Shown piece after piece: positions 23,389-35,300 of a stretch of DNA of 64,000 nucleotides (positions within the stretch are counted from its first letter, which is position 1; every line of letters starts with the position of its first letter). The stretch is taken from the NCBI GenBank assembly GCA_002269645.1, contig NIVC01000173.1:1-64000 (forward strand). Reading direction: 5' to 3'. The position numbers and the translations under genes were made by a program. The notes below the pieces were generated by a model that worked only from the letters and a program-made list of their open reading frames with translations, ran no database searches and had not been told where the DNA came from. The DNA comes from Macrostomum lignano (lineage: Eukaryota).

Positions 23389-26300
23389 ATGAGTGATGCA
23401 ACACAGGATTCTACATTTGCCGCACTGCAATCGCCATTACCTGCTGGTAAGAAAATATATAGCCAATTTCTTTGCTTTTGCCATTTTAATTAGTTGTAAC
23501 CACTAATTACTAAGTGCTTAATTTATGTTTTAGCAGCAGTTGGGACAAAAAGTGTAAAGAAGTTTGCCAATATTGCTCATGGTGCCGAGCCTGATGAGGT
23601 TTGTGATTTTTTTATCTAATGTTTTTCATATTCATTTTTAATGTTAGAAACAATTTGTTAAAATTTAGAAGCATTTTGCTTTTTCCTTGCAGAAAATGAC
23701 CAAACTAGTGCAGGAGAATTTCGATTTACGTTTGCACTGCTATCATTTAAAAGAGAAGCTGGATAAAGTCACCAATGGAGCGGATGTTTCTACTGATTTG
23801 GTTAGTTAGTTATTACTTGGTTTACCCAAATAAGTATGGCTTTATATATTAGAAACTTCATTCCAAAATGTTGTTTTTCAATCATCTTTGGCTCGAAATG
23901 TGCATCTACTCTGTCTATTTAGACTTTCACGTAGAGAGCCTCAATTCGATTGTTGTAATCTAATTTTTATTAGAAATTTCGTAGGGAGCCATACTAAACA
24001 GCGATTTCGACTCGCAGTATAGCGTAGAGAGCCTTAGGATTTTAATTTTATCGATTGCGAATTGAAATGTACAGACCCGCTTAGCCTCCCTCTGCAAAAT
24101 ATGGCGGTTTTTTAGGTGGGAATTTTACTGCGAAAACCAGCCAAAGAAGGCCTACCTCTGTAGTGTAGAGGAAACTGCCGACAATCGGCTGGATGTAACG
24201 CAAAAAATGTGCGGAATCCGCCAAAAAACCCACCCAACGCTTGGCTGTTTCCTTGGTGGATTTCGTTTCAGAAACTGCCGAAGAACCCGCCAGCCGTTAG
24301 GCTGTTTCCTGGGTGGAATTCGTTTCAGAAACTGCCGAAGAACCCGCCAGCCGTTAGGCTGTTTCCTGGGTGGAATTCGTTTCAGAAACTGCCGAAGAAC
24401 CCGCCAGCCGTTAGGCTGTTTCCTGGGTGGATTTCGTTTCAGAAACTGCCGAAGAACCCGCCAGTCGTTAGGCTGTTTCCTGGGTGGAATTCGTTTCAGA
24501 AACTGCCGAAGAACCCGCCAGCCGTTAGGCTGTTTCCTGGGTGGAATTCGTTTCAGAAACTGCCGAAGAACCCGCCAGCCGTTAGGCTGTTTCCTGGGTG
24601 GATTTCGTTTCAGAAACTGCCGAAGAACCCGCCAGCCGTTAGGCTGTTTCCTGGGTGGATTTCGTTTCAGAAACTGCCGAAGAACCCGCCAGCCGTTAGG
24701 CTGTTTCCTGGGTGGATTTCGTTTCAGAAACTGCCGAAGAACCCGCCAGTCGTTAGGCTGTTTCCTGGGTGGATTTCGTTTCAGAAACTGTCGAGAAGAA
24801 GCTACTGATTGAAATCTAATTATTCTGCGGATCCTATGTAGAGCACAATTATCGCGTTACCGCTATTTTAATATACATGTTAATGTTGAAATTTATTATT
24901 CAAGTACGAGTAACATAGAAGTGTACTATATCTGTAATAAACACCGACTACTTCAATAATCATTGACTACAAAGAGTACAACATTCAAGGGTAGCCTGAA
25001 GCATTTTAATATGATCCAAATAAGTGCAAACAGTAAAAAACATGAGTTTACCTTTTCCAAGGCTAAAGCCAAAAATATAGTGCACTTTGTATTATTAAAA
25101 TAGTATATTATATTTTTAGTGGACCAAACCAAAGTTGTAAAAAACGGAACGTAACATGTGATTATAGCAGATGGCATAAAAAACTCGTGCGTAAATGCAC
25201 TACATAGTCAACACTACATCCATAATGCAATACATCCTCTCGATTCTACTTCTTCTTGTATCCTCTCTCCTCACTCCACTTCTCTCTCCCATTGCCTCTC
25301 CTTTCTGCTCTCACATATTTCTCTTCTATCTCCTCTGTTCTGTCTACTCTCACATATCTCGTCTCTGCTCTCTCTTCTTTCCTTTCCCCTCTTTCATAGC
25401 TCCATCTCTATCTCTCTTTTATCTCTTCTCTCTGCTCGCTTATCTCCACTCTATAATCTCTCCTGTCTCCTCTCTCATCTCTCCTCTCTCATCTCTACTC
25501 TCCCACTCTACTCTCCTCTATCACTTCTCTACTTTCTCCTATCTACTCTCTCCTCTCATTTCATCTCATCCTCCTCTCACCTCTACTCTCTCCTCCCGCT
25601 TCTCTCGCCCCTATTTACTCTCTCCTTCCTCTCTTCCCTCTCCTCTCACAGTGAAATGTATGAAATCTTCCGATGGAATAACCAACGGAGTTTTTTGACG
25701 AGGATCTGCCGGGAAAAGCCAACATGTAGTTAAATGAATTCGTGTTTAAAGTTTACTTTGCATGCTTTTTATTTAAAAAACCTTCCAATTACAAAACAAA
25801 ACAACTCGACAAAGAGTAAAAATTCGAGATGTTGCCCCTTCAGTTTTTACTGGGCCCCAACTGGGCCTCCCCATCCTGAAACCCCTGGACGTACCCCTGA
25901 TAGTCAATAAAGGGTTCAAGCTGCTGTGGACAGCAAAAAGCGGCTTGTTCGACTGGGTCCCAAAAGTTCGTGCAATCGATTCATTTCAAGTGGTGTACAA
26001 GTGGTAGGACCAGTTCAAGAGCAGCTGCACTTCGACCCTGGACGAGCCGAAATCTGGGAGACTCCGAGATGTGCGGACTGAGAGAGCAACATGCAGCTCA
26101 TCTGTGGTCTGCTGGAAATCGATCCACAATGGATGTCTGAAGAAATGGCAGAACTTAGTGAAATTCTTTGTATCCAGCGTCCACCAAATTCTCACAGAGA
26201 ACCTGGGGGCGCCAGTAGCAATGCCTGAATAAGCTCTTCAATGAGATCGTCTGACTTCTGGAAAACCCGGGTGATTTGAGTGTTTGTAAACGGTGTTCAC

Positions 26301-29300
26301 AAGTTTCCTGGGCGCTGGGAACGAGCCATCGCATTCATTGGATCCTATTTTGACGTCCTGAAAAAAATCAACTGTTTGTTGTGATGTCAGTCCAAACTGC
26401 GCCATGTTTGCACAAACTTTTGGGATGGCCCTCGTAATGGGTTCACGGGTCTCCCTAAAACACGTACCGCACCGCCCAGCAGCGCTGCACATTAACACAA
26501 ATTGGTTTATAACTTAAGACATCGCAAAAAAGTTTTCTGTTGAGCTTAAAGTGTTTCATAAATTTATTGTTTTCTATTACTTCAAAATGTAAAATTCTGA
26601 GAATAATAATGATAATACATGTAGTAATAATAGGGCGGTGCGGTACTTGTTTTAGGGAGACCCTGGGTTCACAAGTCATAGACTACAAACTGGCAGCAGT
26701 TGCACATGGTCACCCTCCAAATGCGGTATGGCATCGCTGTCGGAAGCCAGCATGACACCGACATGACCGACATCACCGTTACCATCGCTATGACTGCAGG
26801 CAGCCCGACTAGGCACAAATTTTGATGCGTGTGATGCGGAACTCGGCGCAGACTTCTGAACAGCGCGTCGTTTGTCCTTCCATTCAGACGTTTTGGCCCG
26901 TCGAATCGCCTGTTTTTGCGGCTGCATTCGCTCCCTGGCCGTGGCACGGCACTGCTCAAATGCTAGGTGCAGAGTCTGGTGCTCTACTGCGATGTTGGAA
27001 CGAGCCAAAAATTCCTTTACAGCCTCGATTTTAACTGGGCAGGGTGCGTCCAGAACTCGTTGCCTCACTTTTCGGCCTGAAAAATTTGTCGCTAGAAAGT
27101 CGGCCTCCGGTAAAAATGGAACCGCAGAAGGCAGCGGATATGACGAGATTTCACTTTTTGTACGAGTTCGTCTTTCTCCTTTTTGCCATCGACGTCGATG
27201 TCGGAGACTACGAGAGCTTTTACGGATCGAAGAGCTGTCAGCAACTTTCGGATTCGCTTGGAATCCGTTTTTGTTATTTTTTGCGATCTTAAAGCCTGAG
27301 TTTTGTCTGAAAGGCACACAAGCTGCTTTTGCTGATCACTCTCAGTATCGTCTTCAGAATCTACGTTGCCACCTTGGTTGCCGACATCGGCAATTGCATT
27401 AGAATCAACAGCGGCAGAGCCATCCACTGCAGTGCTGATCATTGCTGAGACTTCAGTAAGAACTTTAGCTGCTCCTTCAGCTTGGACGATTCGGAGAAGA
27501 AGCTGCTCACGCTCTTTCTCGAGATCTTTAATTTGCTCGTTGGTTGCAACGAGCCGGTTTTCGAGCGCAAGATTGGCTGACCGCAGCGCTTCAGTTTTTT
27601 CGGAGCCAGTTAGCAGCTCGCTTCCTAGATAAAAGAAGTGAAAAAATTATTTTTAGTAATATTTCAGCAGTACTGCAGTAAAGGCACAAATTGTAATAAG
27701 AAACTTGTTGCTACTTACGAAACCTGCGCATCACTGCTTGTGTTTCGCAAAGACTCTTTCGTAGGTCTCGACAAGAGTTACACGAAGTTACTTCGTGTTC
27801 ATCGTAACGGACGGCTACGCAGAGCCGCACAGATTCGCGTGCCGAGCGTTCGTCGTTGAATGGGCCCTTTAACAGTACTCCGATATGCAGAGCAGCATGA
27901 GAACTTTTAGAGGTCACAACTTCGACTATTCTTCCTTTTAATAGCCGTTCACCACCGTAAACGAACCGGATATCACACCAGTCTGCGAGGTCTTAAATTG
28001 CAGACCCCACCAACGAGGTTCCACATTTTCAACGACCCTAAAGGCCTTTCGCGTTTCGTCTACAGGATCTTCAACCAAAACCATGTCGGAAGCGCCCACG
28101 TTCAAACCGCTCGTGGCGCAGTCGGCAGTAGCGGAAGCGGCCGATCGTTTAGATGTCGCCGCAGCAGCAGCAGCGCTCGTGGCGCAGTCGGCAGTAGCGG
28201 AAGCGTTTTGCTGCATTATACACAACGGTGTATACACAACGGAGTGCAAGCGGCAGGATTTCGTCGTCATCGGAGGAATTACTATTATTATTATAATCTT
28301 TAGCAGACTGCTGTGGGTCCTTCAACTTCTTACCTTTTTTGTACTTCTTTCCTTCTCTTTAGTACTGACTCTTTTGACTGTGCATTTTTTCTCGCGCTTT
28401 TCCTGCGTTTTCACTCGTGATTTGGAGCCTAATTTTGATGCCATCTGAAATAATATTTGCATCGACAATCAAGGTATCTGATCACACTGTCTAATTACAA
28501 CGTACTGTACTAGCAGCTCAGTCATAGGGTTCACACTACGAAGCGTTATCGTTAAGGTGCATCATGCGCTCGCGTCGTCTCGTATTTTAAAAGGCGAGAT
28601 ATTGCTATGAGGGGCCTGACTAGGGCAAGGGCTAAGTATAAGAAAGCAAAGCACTGGCCAGAACAGTAGCTGAAAAATGAAGTCAACTGTTAAATCGTAG
28701 CAGACGTATAGTTTGTTAAATTCCTACTTTTTGAAAGTAATATTTACGCGTCACAAACAACGTCACCATACGAACGCAGAATAAAATTACCGTATAATAT
28801 GAACGGTATTAATATGAATAGTATATAATCATAGTTGCTATATATTTATATACTTCTTGCTAAATTTTTAAAACATTAAGAACATTTCAAGCAAATGAAT
28901 GGCCTCTAAAAATGAAATTCGATTCGATTCTCTTAGCGGTTTCCTAAAAGAGAGTAAATGGTGGATTCTGCAGGAATCATCCAAAGCTTTGTGAGAACCC
29001 GCCAAAGTTTTTGGCGGGTTCCTTCGTCGATCTTACTGGGCGGGTTTTTTGGCAGTTTCTTGCGCCTAGAATCGTCTAATTGGGAGGGTTTTGTGTGTGG
29101 GCGGGATTATTGTGTGGAAACATCGGTGTTTCCGCTTGGAATCAGCCAAAGAAACAGCCATATTTTGTAGCGGGCTACTTAGAGTTAGAATACCACGTAG
29201 AGAGCCTCTTGATTTTAATTTTATTGATTGTAAATTCAAATTTAGACTCGCGTCGCCTACTTAGAATCACGCGTAGAGAGCCTGACTCGCGAACTAGAAG

Positions 29301-32300
29301 TTAAGCGACGCCTATTAACCGAAGGCTCCGAAGCGCTCAGCCAGTTAGACGAACAATTAAAATCTACTCAAATCGAACGCGACGACGCCGAAGCCCGATG
29401 CGCCAAATTGCGCGAGCAACTCGACAACGCCGTTTCTGCCAATGTCGTCGGCGGCACAAGCAGCTTACCTAATAACAACGATTCCAATTCCGCCGCGACA
29501 GCTCCGGGCGCTTCAACGTCGGCTGGCGGCGCGGCTTCGTCTACGAAAGCTGGCGATTTGAATGAGCAGCGCATATTGAAGATGGCCGGTCTGTTGCAGG
29601 GCTCCTGGCGGAGGCAGGAGAAGCTCGAGTCTCGCCTAGCCAAGGCTGAGGCAGAAGCGGCCAAACTCAAAGAACTGGAAGCCGCTGCGAAAGAGTGCGG
29701 TTTTGCCTTGGCCGAACTGCCCGATCGAGTGGCCGAGCTGAATAGGGAACTGGAGGCTGCGAATGCCTCGCTGGCTGATGCTGGCACCGTTATTGAGGTA
29801 TAAGCTACTGCTAGTAAAGTGCTAGTGTGATTTTATTGGATCTGATGCTAAATGATATTGAATTTTTGTGTGATAACTCAGATGGCTTTTCGTTGAATGC
29901 TTAGTTTGAGATATTTCTAGAAATTCGATTTGTTCTTAAATCATAAATAGCTAAGATCTTTAGTATATAGGATTTCTTGGGAGCTGAAGCTCAAATGGGA
30001 TTTTAGCCTATTTGGGATCTGATGCTCAAAAGGTATTTTCTACTATCTGGGATCTGATGCTCAAATGGGATCTACTATCTGAGATCTGATGCTCAAATGG
30101 GATTATTAACTATTTGAGATCTGATGCTCAAATGGGATTTCTCCTATCTGGGATCTGATGCTCAAATGGGATTCTCTTATCTGGGATCTGATGCTCAAAT
30201 GGGATTATCAACTATTTGGGATCTGATGCTCAAATGGGATTTCTCCTATCTGGGATCTGATGCTCAAATGGGATACTCTCCTATCTGGGATCTGATGCTC
30301 AAATAAGATTCTCTCTTATCTGGGATCTGATGCTCAAATGGGATTCTCTTATCTGGGATCTGATGCTCAAATGGGCTTCTCTCTTATCTGGGATCTGATG
30401 CTCAAATGGGATTATCTACTATCTGAGATCTGATGCTCAAATGGGATTATCAACTATTTGGGATCTGATGCTCAAATGGGATTTCTCCTATCTGGGATCT
30501 GATGCTCAAATGGGATTATCAACTATTTGGGATCTGATGCTCAAATGGGATACTCTCCTATCTGGGATCTGATGCTCAAATGGGATACTCTCCTATCTGG
30601 GATCTGATGCTCAAATGGGATTTCTCCTATCTGGGATCTGATGCTCAAATGGGATTTTCTCCTATCTGGGATCTGATGCTCAAATGGGATTTTCTCCTAT
30701 CTGGGATCTGATGCTCAAATGGGATTTTCCCCTATCTGGGATCTGATGCTCAAATGGGATTTTCTCCTATCTGGGATCTGATGCTCAAATGGGATTTTCT
30801 CCTATCTGGGATCTGATGCTCAAATGGGATTTCTCCTATCTGGGATCTGATGCTCAAATGGGATTTTCTCCTATCTGGGATCTGATGCTCAAATAGGATT
30901 CTCTCTTATCTGGGATCTGATGCTCAAATGGGATTTCTCCTATCTGGGATCTGATGCTCAAATGGGATTTTCTCCTATCTGGGATCTGATGCTCAAATGG
31001 GATTTTCTCCTATCTGGGATCTGATGCTTAAATTGTGTATTGCTTTGCATTTGATGCTCAAGTTCAAAAATTTCTTTGGATAAATCCCTCCGATGAGAAT
31101 TCTTGCAGTGTTATTCTGACTTAGTGCTATGCATCATATTAATCACTCTGTTATCCTTCCTCATTGCACAGAGTCTGCAAGCGCAACTAGACGAAGGCAA
31201 AGCTGAAATCGAAGAGCTCAATCAGCTTCTGGATGAATATCGGGTATGTAGTTTTTATTTTTATTATGCCTAACATGTAGCTCTAAACACTATTCTTCAT
31301 ATTCTACCCGATCTTGCTACTTACAGCAGGAAGTTGCGTCTCTAAATGCCGAGAAAGCAGTCAACGGTCAGGCCAGCGCTCCGGTTCCCCTGGTAACAGC
31401 AAAAACAACTACTACTAATTTCCAGCCGCATCTGCAGCATCGCAGTACGGCTACGGATGCTGACACGGCCTCTTCATCAACTCAACGCGGCGTCGGCGGC
31501 GGCTTAGACGTGGAAGCTGGCGGCTCGTTCTGGGAGAGCATCCGTCTGGGAGCTCAGAACCGACGCAGCCTCACTATTGCCGGCTCAGTGCCCGCCTCAG
31601 CTTCAGCTGGTCCAACTAGCGGGGGCGGTGGCGGCAGCGTGTCTGCTCTGGTTGAAGGTCTCGGCGCTTTAAGCCTGCTTGGCTCTGCAGCGGAATTGCA
31701 ACAACAGCAGCAGCAGCAGCAACAGTTGGTTGAAATGAGTGCCGAGGCGCGTCAGTGCTTGAATGCTAGCGGTAAACGGTTCTATCATCTGTGCGTCACA
31801 TCTCTGGCTAGTAGTGGCGGGGTTGCGGCACCCGAGAATGCTCCTGCTACCATTGAGGACAATGGCTGCGCAGTGACAGAAGCGGCCGCTGCTACGACTA
31901 ATGCTGGACAGATTAATTACGAATTGAGCATGTCCGAGTTGACTGGGCCAGGGCTGATGGAACAGGTGAGTTGACTCTGTAAAGTTAATTTATTTAACAC
32001 CCAGTGAGCCCTTGATAATAAGCACAAGTTGCTATAAAAGAGAGAGCCCCTATTCTCTTCCTCAACTGAGCGGAGGTTAGTAGTTTATTTACTGACAAGT
32101 AGGTTACTGAAAAGTAGGTTACTGACAGGTATCTAAGTGACAAGTAGGTTACTGACAGGTTACTGACAAGTAGGTTACTGACAGGTTACAGGTAGATTAC
32201 TGACAAGTATCTAAATGACAAGTAGGTTACTGACAGGTTACAGGTAGATTACTGACAAGTATCTAAATTACAAGTAGGTTACTGACAGGTTACAGGTAGG

Positions 32301-35300
32301 TTACTGACAAGTATCTAAATGAAAGTAGGTTATTGACAGGTTACATGTAGATTACTGACAAGTATCTAAATGACAAGTAGGTTACTGACAGGTTACAGGT
32401 AAATTACTGACAAGTATCTAAATGACAAGTAGGTTACTGACAGGTTACAGGTAGGTTACTGACAAGTATCTAAATGACAAGTAGGTTACTGACAGGTTAC
32501 AGGTAGATTACTGACAAGTATCTAAATGACAAGTAGGCTACTGACAGGTTACAGGTAGATTACTGACAAGTATCTAAATGACAAGTAGGTTACTGACAGG
32601 TTACAGGTAGGTTACTGACAAGTATCTAAATGACAAGTAGGTTACTGACAGGTTACAGGTAGGTTACTGACAAGTATCTAAATGACAAGTAGGTTACTGA
32701 CAGGTTACAGGTAGGTTACTGACAAGTATCTAAATGACAAGTAGGTTACTGACAGGTTACAGGTAGGTTACTGACAAGTATCTAAATGACAAGTAGGTTA
32801 CTGACAGGTTACAGGTAGGTTACTGACAAGTATCTAAATGACAAGTAGAAATTAATGTCACTTTATTTTTATAAGAGGAGTAAAATCTAACTGGGCTAAT
32901 TTAAATTAGTAGGAATAACCTTTTTGTTAGTTTAAAGGACGGATATAATATTATTCCCATAACTTCAACTTATCGCTTTGAACCATAAAAAGTGTGAAAA
33001 ATATGCTATTGCTATTGTTTTTTGGACCTCGTGGGAATACGTGCGTTTGTCTTCTTGGCTTGTGCTATAATTATACTTAATTCCCAATTAATGATTTGCA
33101 TAATTCCATACATTTATTACTTCTTCATTGATACATGTAATGATAAGCTTTGCTATAAAATACTGAATTGTATTTTATTGCTTGTAGCTTTTATGGCTAA
33201 GTATTTCTGGGCGCCGGTTAATCTTAATAATCATTTTTTATGACTAGTCACTGCAACAACTGGTTTTTGTCTAATCGTCTAGTACTCTAAGGTTTCTGTT
33301 TGTACTTTGAATTTGAATTTAACTTTCAAATTAGAATTTGAAAGTTGCAACTGAAGACAGTTGCAACCTAGTTTACTCCAGTTGCAACCTAGTTGACTCC
33401 AGTTGCAACCCTAGTTTACTCCAGTTGCAACCCTAGTTTACTCCAGTTGCAACCTAGTTTACTCCAGTTGCAACCTAGTTGACTCCAGTTGCAACCTAAT
33501 TGACTCCAGTTGCAACCTAATTGACTCCAGTTGCAACTTAACTGACTCCAGTTGCAACCCTAGTTAACTCCAGTTGCAACCCTAGTTAACTCCAGTTGCA
33601 ACCCTAGTTAACTCCAGTTGCAACCCTAGTTAACTCCAGTTGCAACCCTAGTTAACTCCAGTTGCAACTTAGCTGACTCCAGTTGCAACCTAATTGACTT
33701 CAGTTGCAACCTAATTGACTTCAGTTGCAACCTAATTGACTTCAGTTGCAACCTAATTGACTCCAGTTGCAACTCAGCTGACTCCAGTTGCAACCCTAGT
33801 TGACTCCAGTTGCAACCCTAGTTGACTCCAGTTGCAACCCTAGTTGACTCCAGTTGCAACCCTAGTTGACTCCAGTTGCAGCTTAACTGACTCCAGTTGC
33901 AACCCTAGTTGACTCCAGTTGCAACTCAGCTGACTCCAGTTGCAACCCTAGTTGACTCCAGTTGCAACTCAGCTGACTCCAGTTGCAACCCTAGTTGACT
34001 CCAGTTGCAACTCAGCTGACTCCAGTTGCAACCCTAGTTGACTCCAGTTGCAACTCAGCTGACTCCAGTTGCAACCCTAGTTGACTCCAGTTGCAACTCA
34101 GCTGACTCCAGTTGCAACCCTAGTTGACTCCAGTTGCAGCTTAACTGACTCCAGTTGCAACCCTAGTTGACTCCAGTTGCAACTCAGCTGACTCCAGTTG
34201 CAACCCTAGTTGACTCCAGTTGCAACTCAGCTGACTCCAGTTGCAACCCTAGTTGACTCCAGTTGCAACTCAGCTGACTCCAGTTGCAACCCTAGTTAAC
34301 TCCAGTTGCAACTTGACTGACTCCAGTTGCAACCCTAGTTAACTCCAGTTGCAACTTAACTGACTCCTGTTGCAACCCTAGTTGACTCCAGTTGCAACTT
34401 AGCTGGCTCTCTCTCAACAATAAGCCTGCTGTATTTGCACCCATCAACCCTAACGCAGGTGTCGCAGTTGCGCACCCATTCTCTGCCAATGTCGATGGAC
34501 GCCGCGGCAGCGATGAGCGCCGCCGAGCTCGGCCAGTTAAAAGGCGTCTTCGACCGGCTGCTCGGTCAGCTGCGCGGCGCCGAGGCCGGTCTCCAGGCCG
34601 CTCTGTCCACTACGCTAGGCAATGTGTCCGCTCTGCTAGGCTCGGCCACCGCTTTCGCTAACAATACTACTATGAACAATACTAATCATAGGATGTCTTC
34701 AATTCGCCCCTGCGGCGCTAATCAGGAAGACGATTCGTTTGCTCTGGGTAACAACCAGTACAATCGCGACGTGTCTCTGCTATCCGCCCAGCTGATGCAG
34801 CCGCCCGGTACGCCCGGCCTACGCTCGATGGAAGAAGAGAACGCGTTGGCTATGCGCAATCTGCAGGATCACGTGGCCGAGGTTAAACAGGCGCTCACTG
34901 GCTTTGGAAGGATTGGCTGCATGCTCGAAGCGCTGCTGGCTGGGGCTGGTGAGTACAAATTTGAGTCAAATTCTTATTGTCTGATAAATGCCTCAATCTC
35001 CTCACAATCTGCTTCACCTGAGCCTTAACTCCTTTAACTAACTAAATGTCCTTCTAACATCCCAAATCTCATTTCTTTAATCTTTTTAGTCCCTTCTCAG
35101 AATCCCTAATCTCAATTGACTTAAATTATTCCAAAATCTCCTCCCCGTATTCTCAGATCTCTTTCCTCTAATCCCAAGTCGTTTAATCTAATCCTAAAGG
35201 CACCTACTCTAATCCCCAACTTTCCTTCGATCCCCGCTAATAGGGAATGTTTCTTAGTTTTAATAATTCTGGCCCTTTTCAAAACCAGCCTCCCCGCCGC

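Larger units (their letters stand above)
24088..29174. mobile_element. 5.1-kb CACTA/CMC-EnSpm-like DNA transposon, apparently non-autonomous, in a centrosomin intron
   Basis: TIRs: left CCCTCTGCAAAATATGGCGGTTTTTT; right reverse complement CCCGCTACAAAATATGGCTGTTTCTT. 2-bp TSD CT (24086-87 and 29175-76). Subterminal repeats lie in inverted orientation at the two ends. Removing the element rejoins ACCCGCTTAGCCT/ACTTAGA, a copy of the adjacent exon-start sequence. Confidence 0.75.

Noticed and set aside
25158-25733. 191-aa and 167-aa Ser/Leu-rich ORFs as membrane proteins
   Set aside because: They derive from a CT-rich low-complexity tract.
26238-26498. Minus-strand ORFs over the mariner region
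   Set aside because: The recognisable transposase fragments are on the plus strand; these are antisense shadows.
29985-31030. CRISPR-like pattern of a constant repeat with a variable spacer
   Set aside because: The variable parts are ~10-nt variants of one another rather than unique spacers, there are no cas genes, and the context is a eukaryotic intron.
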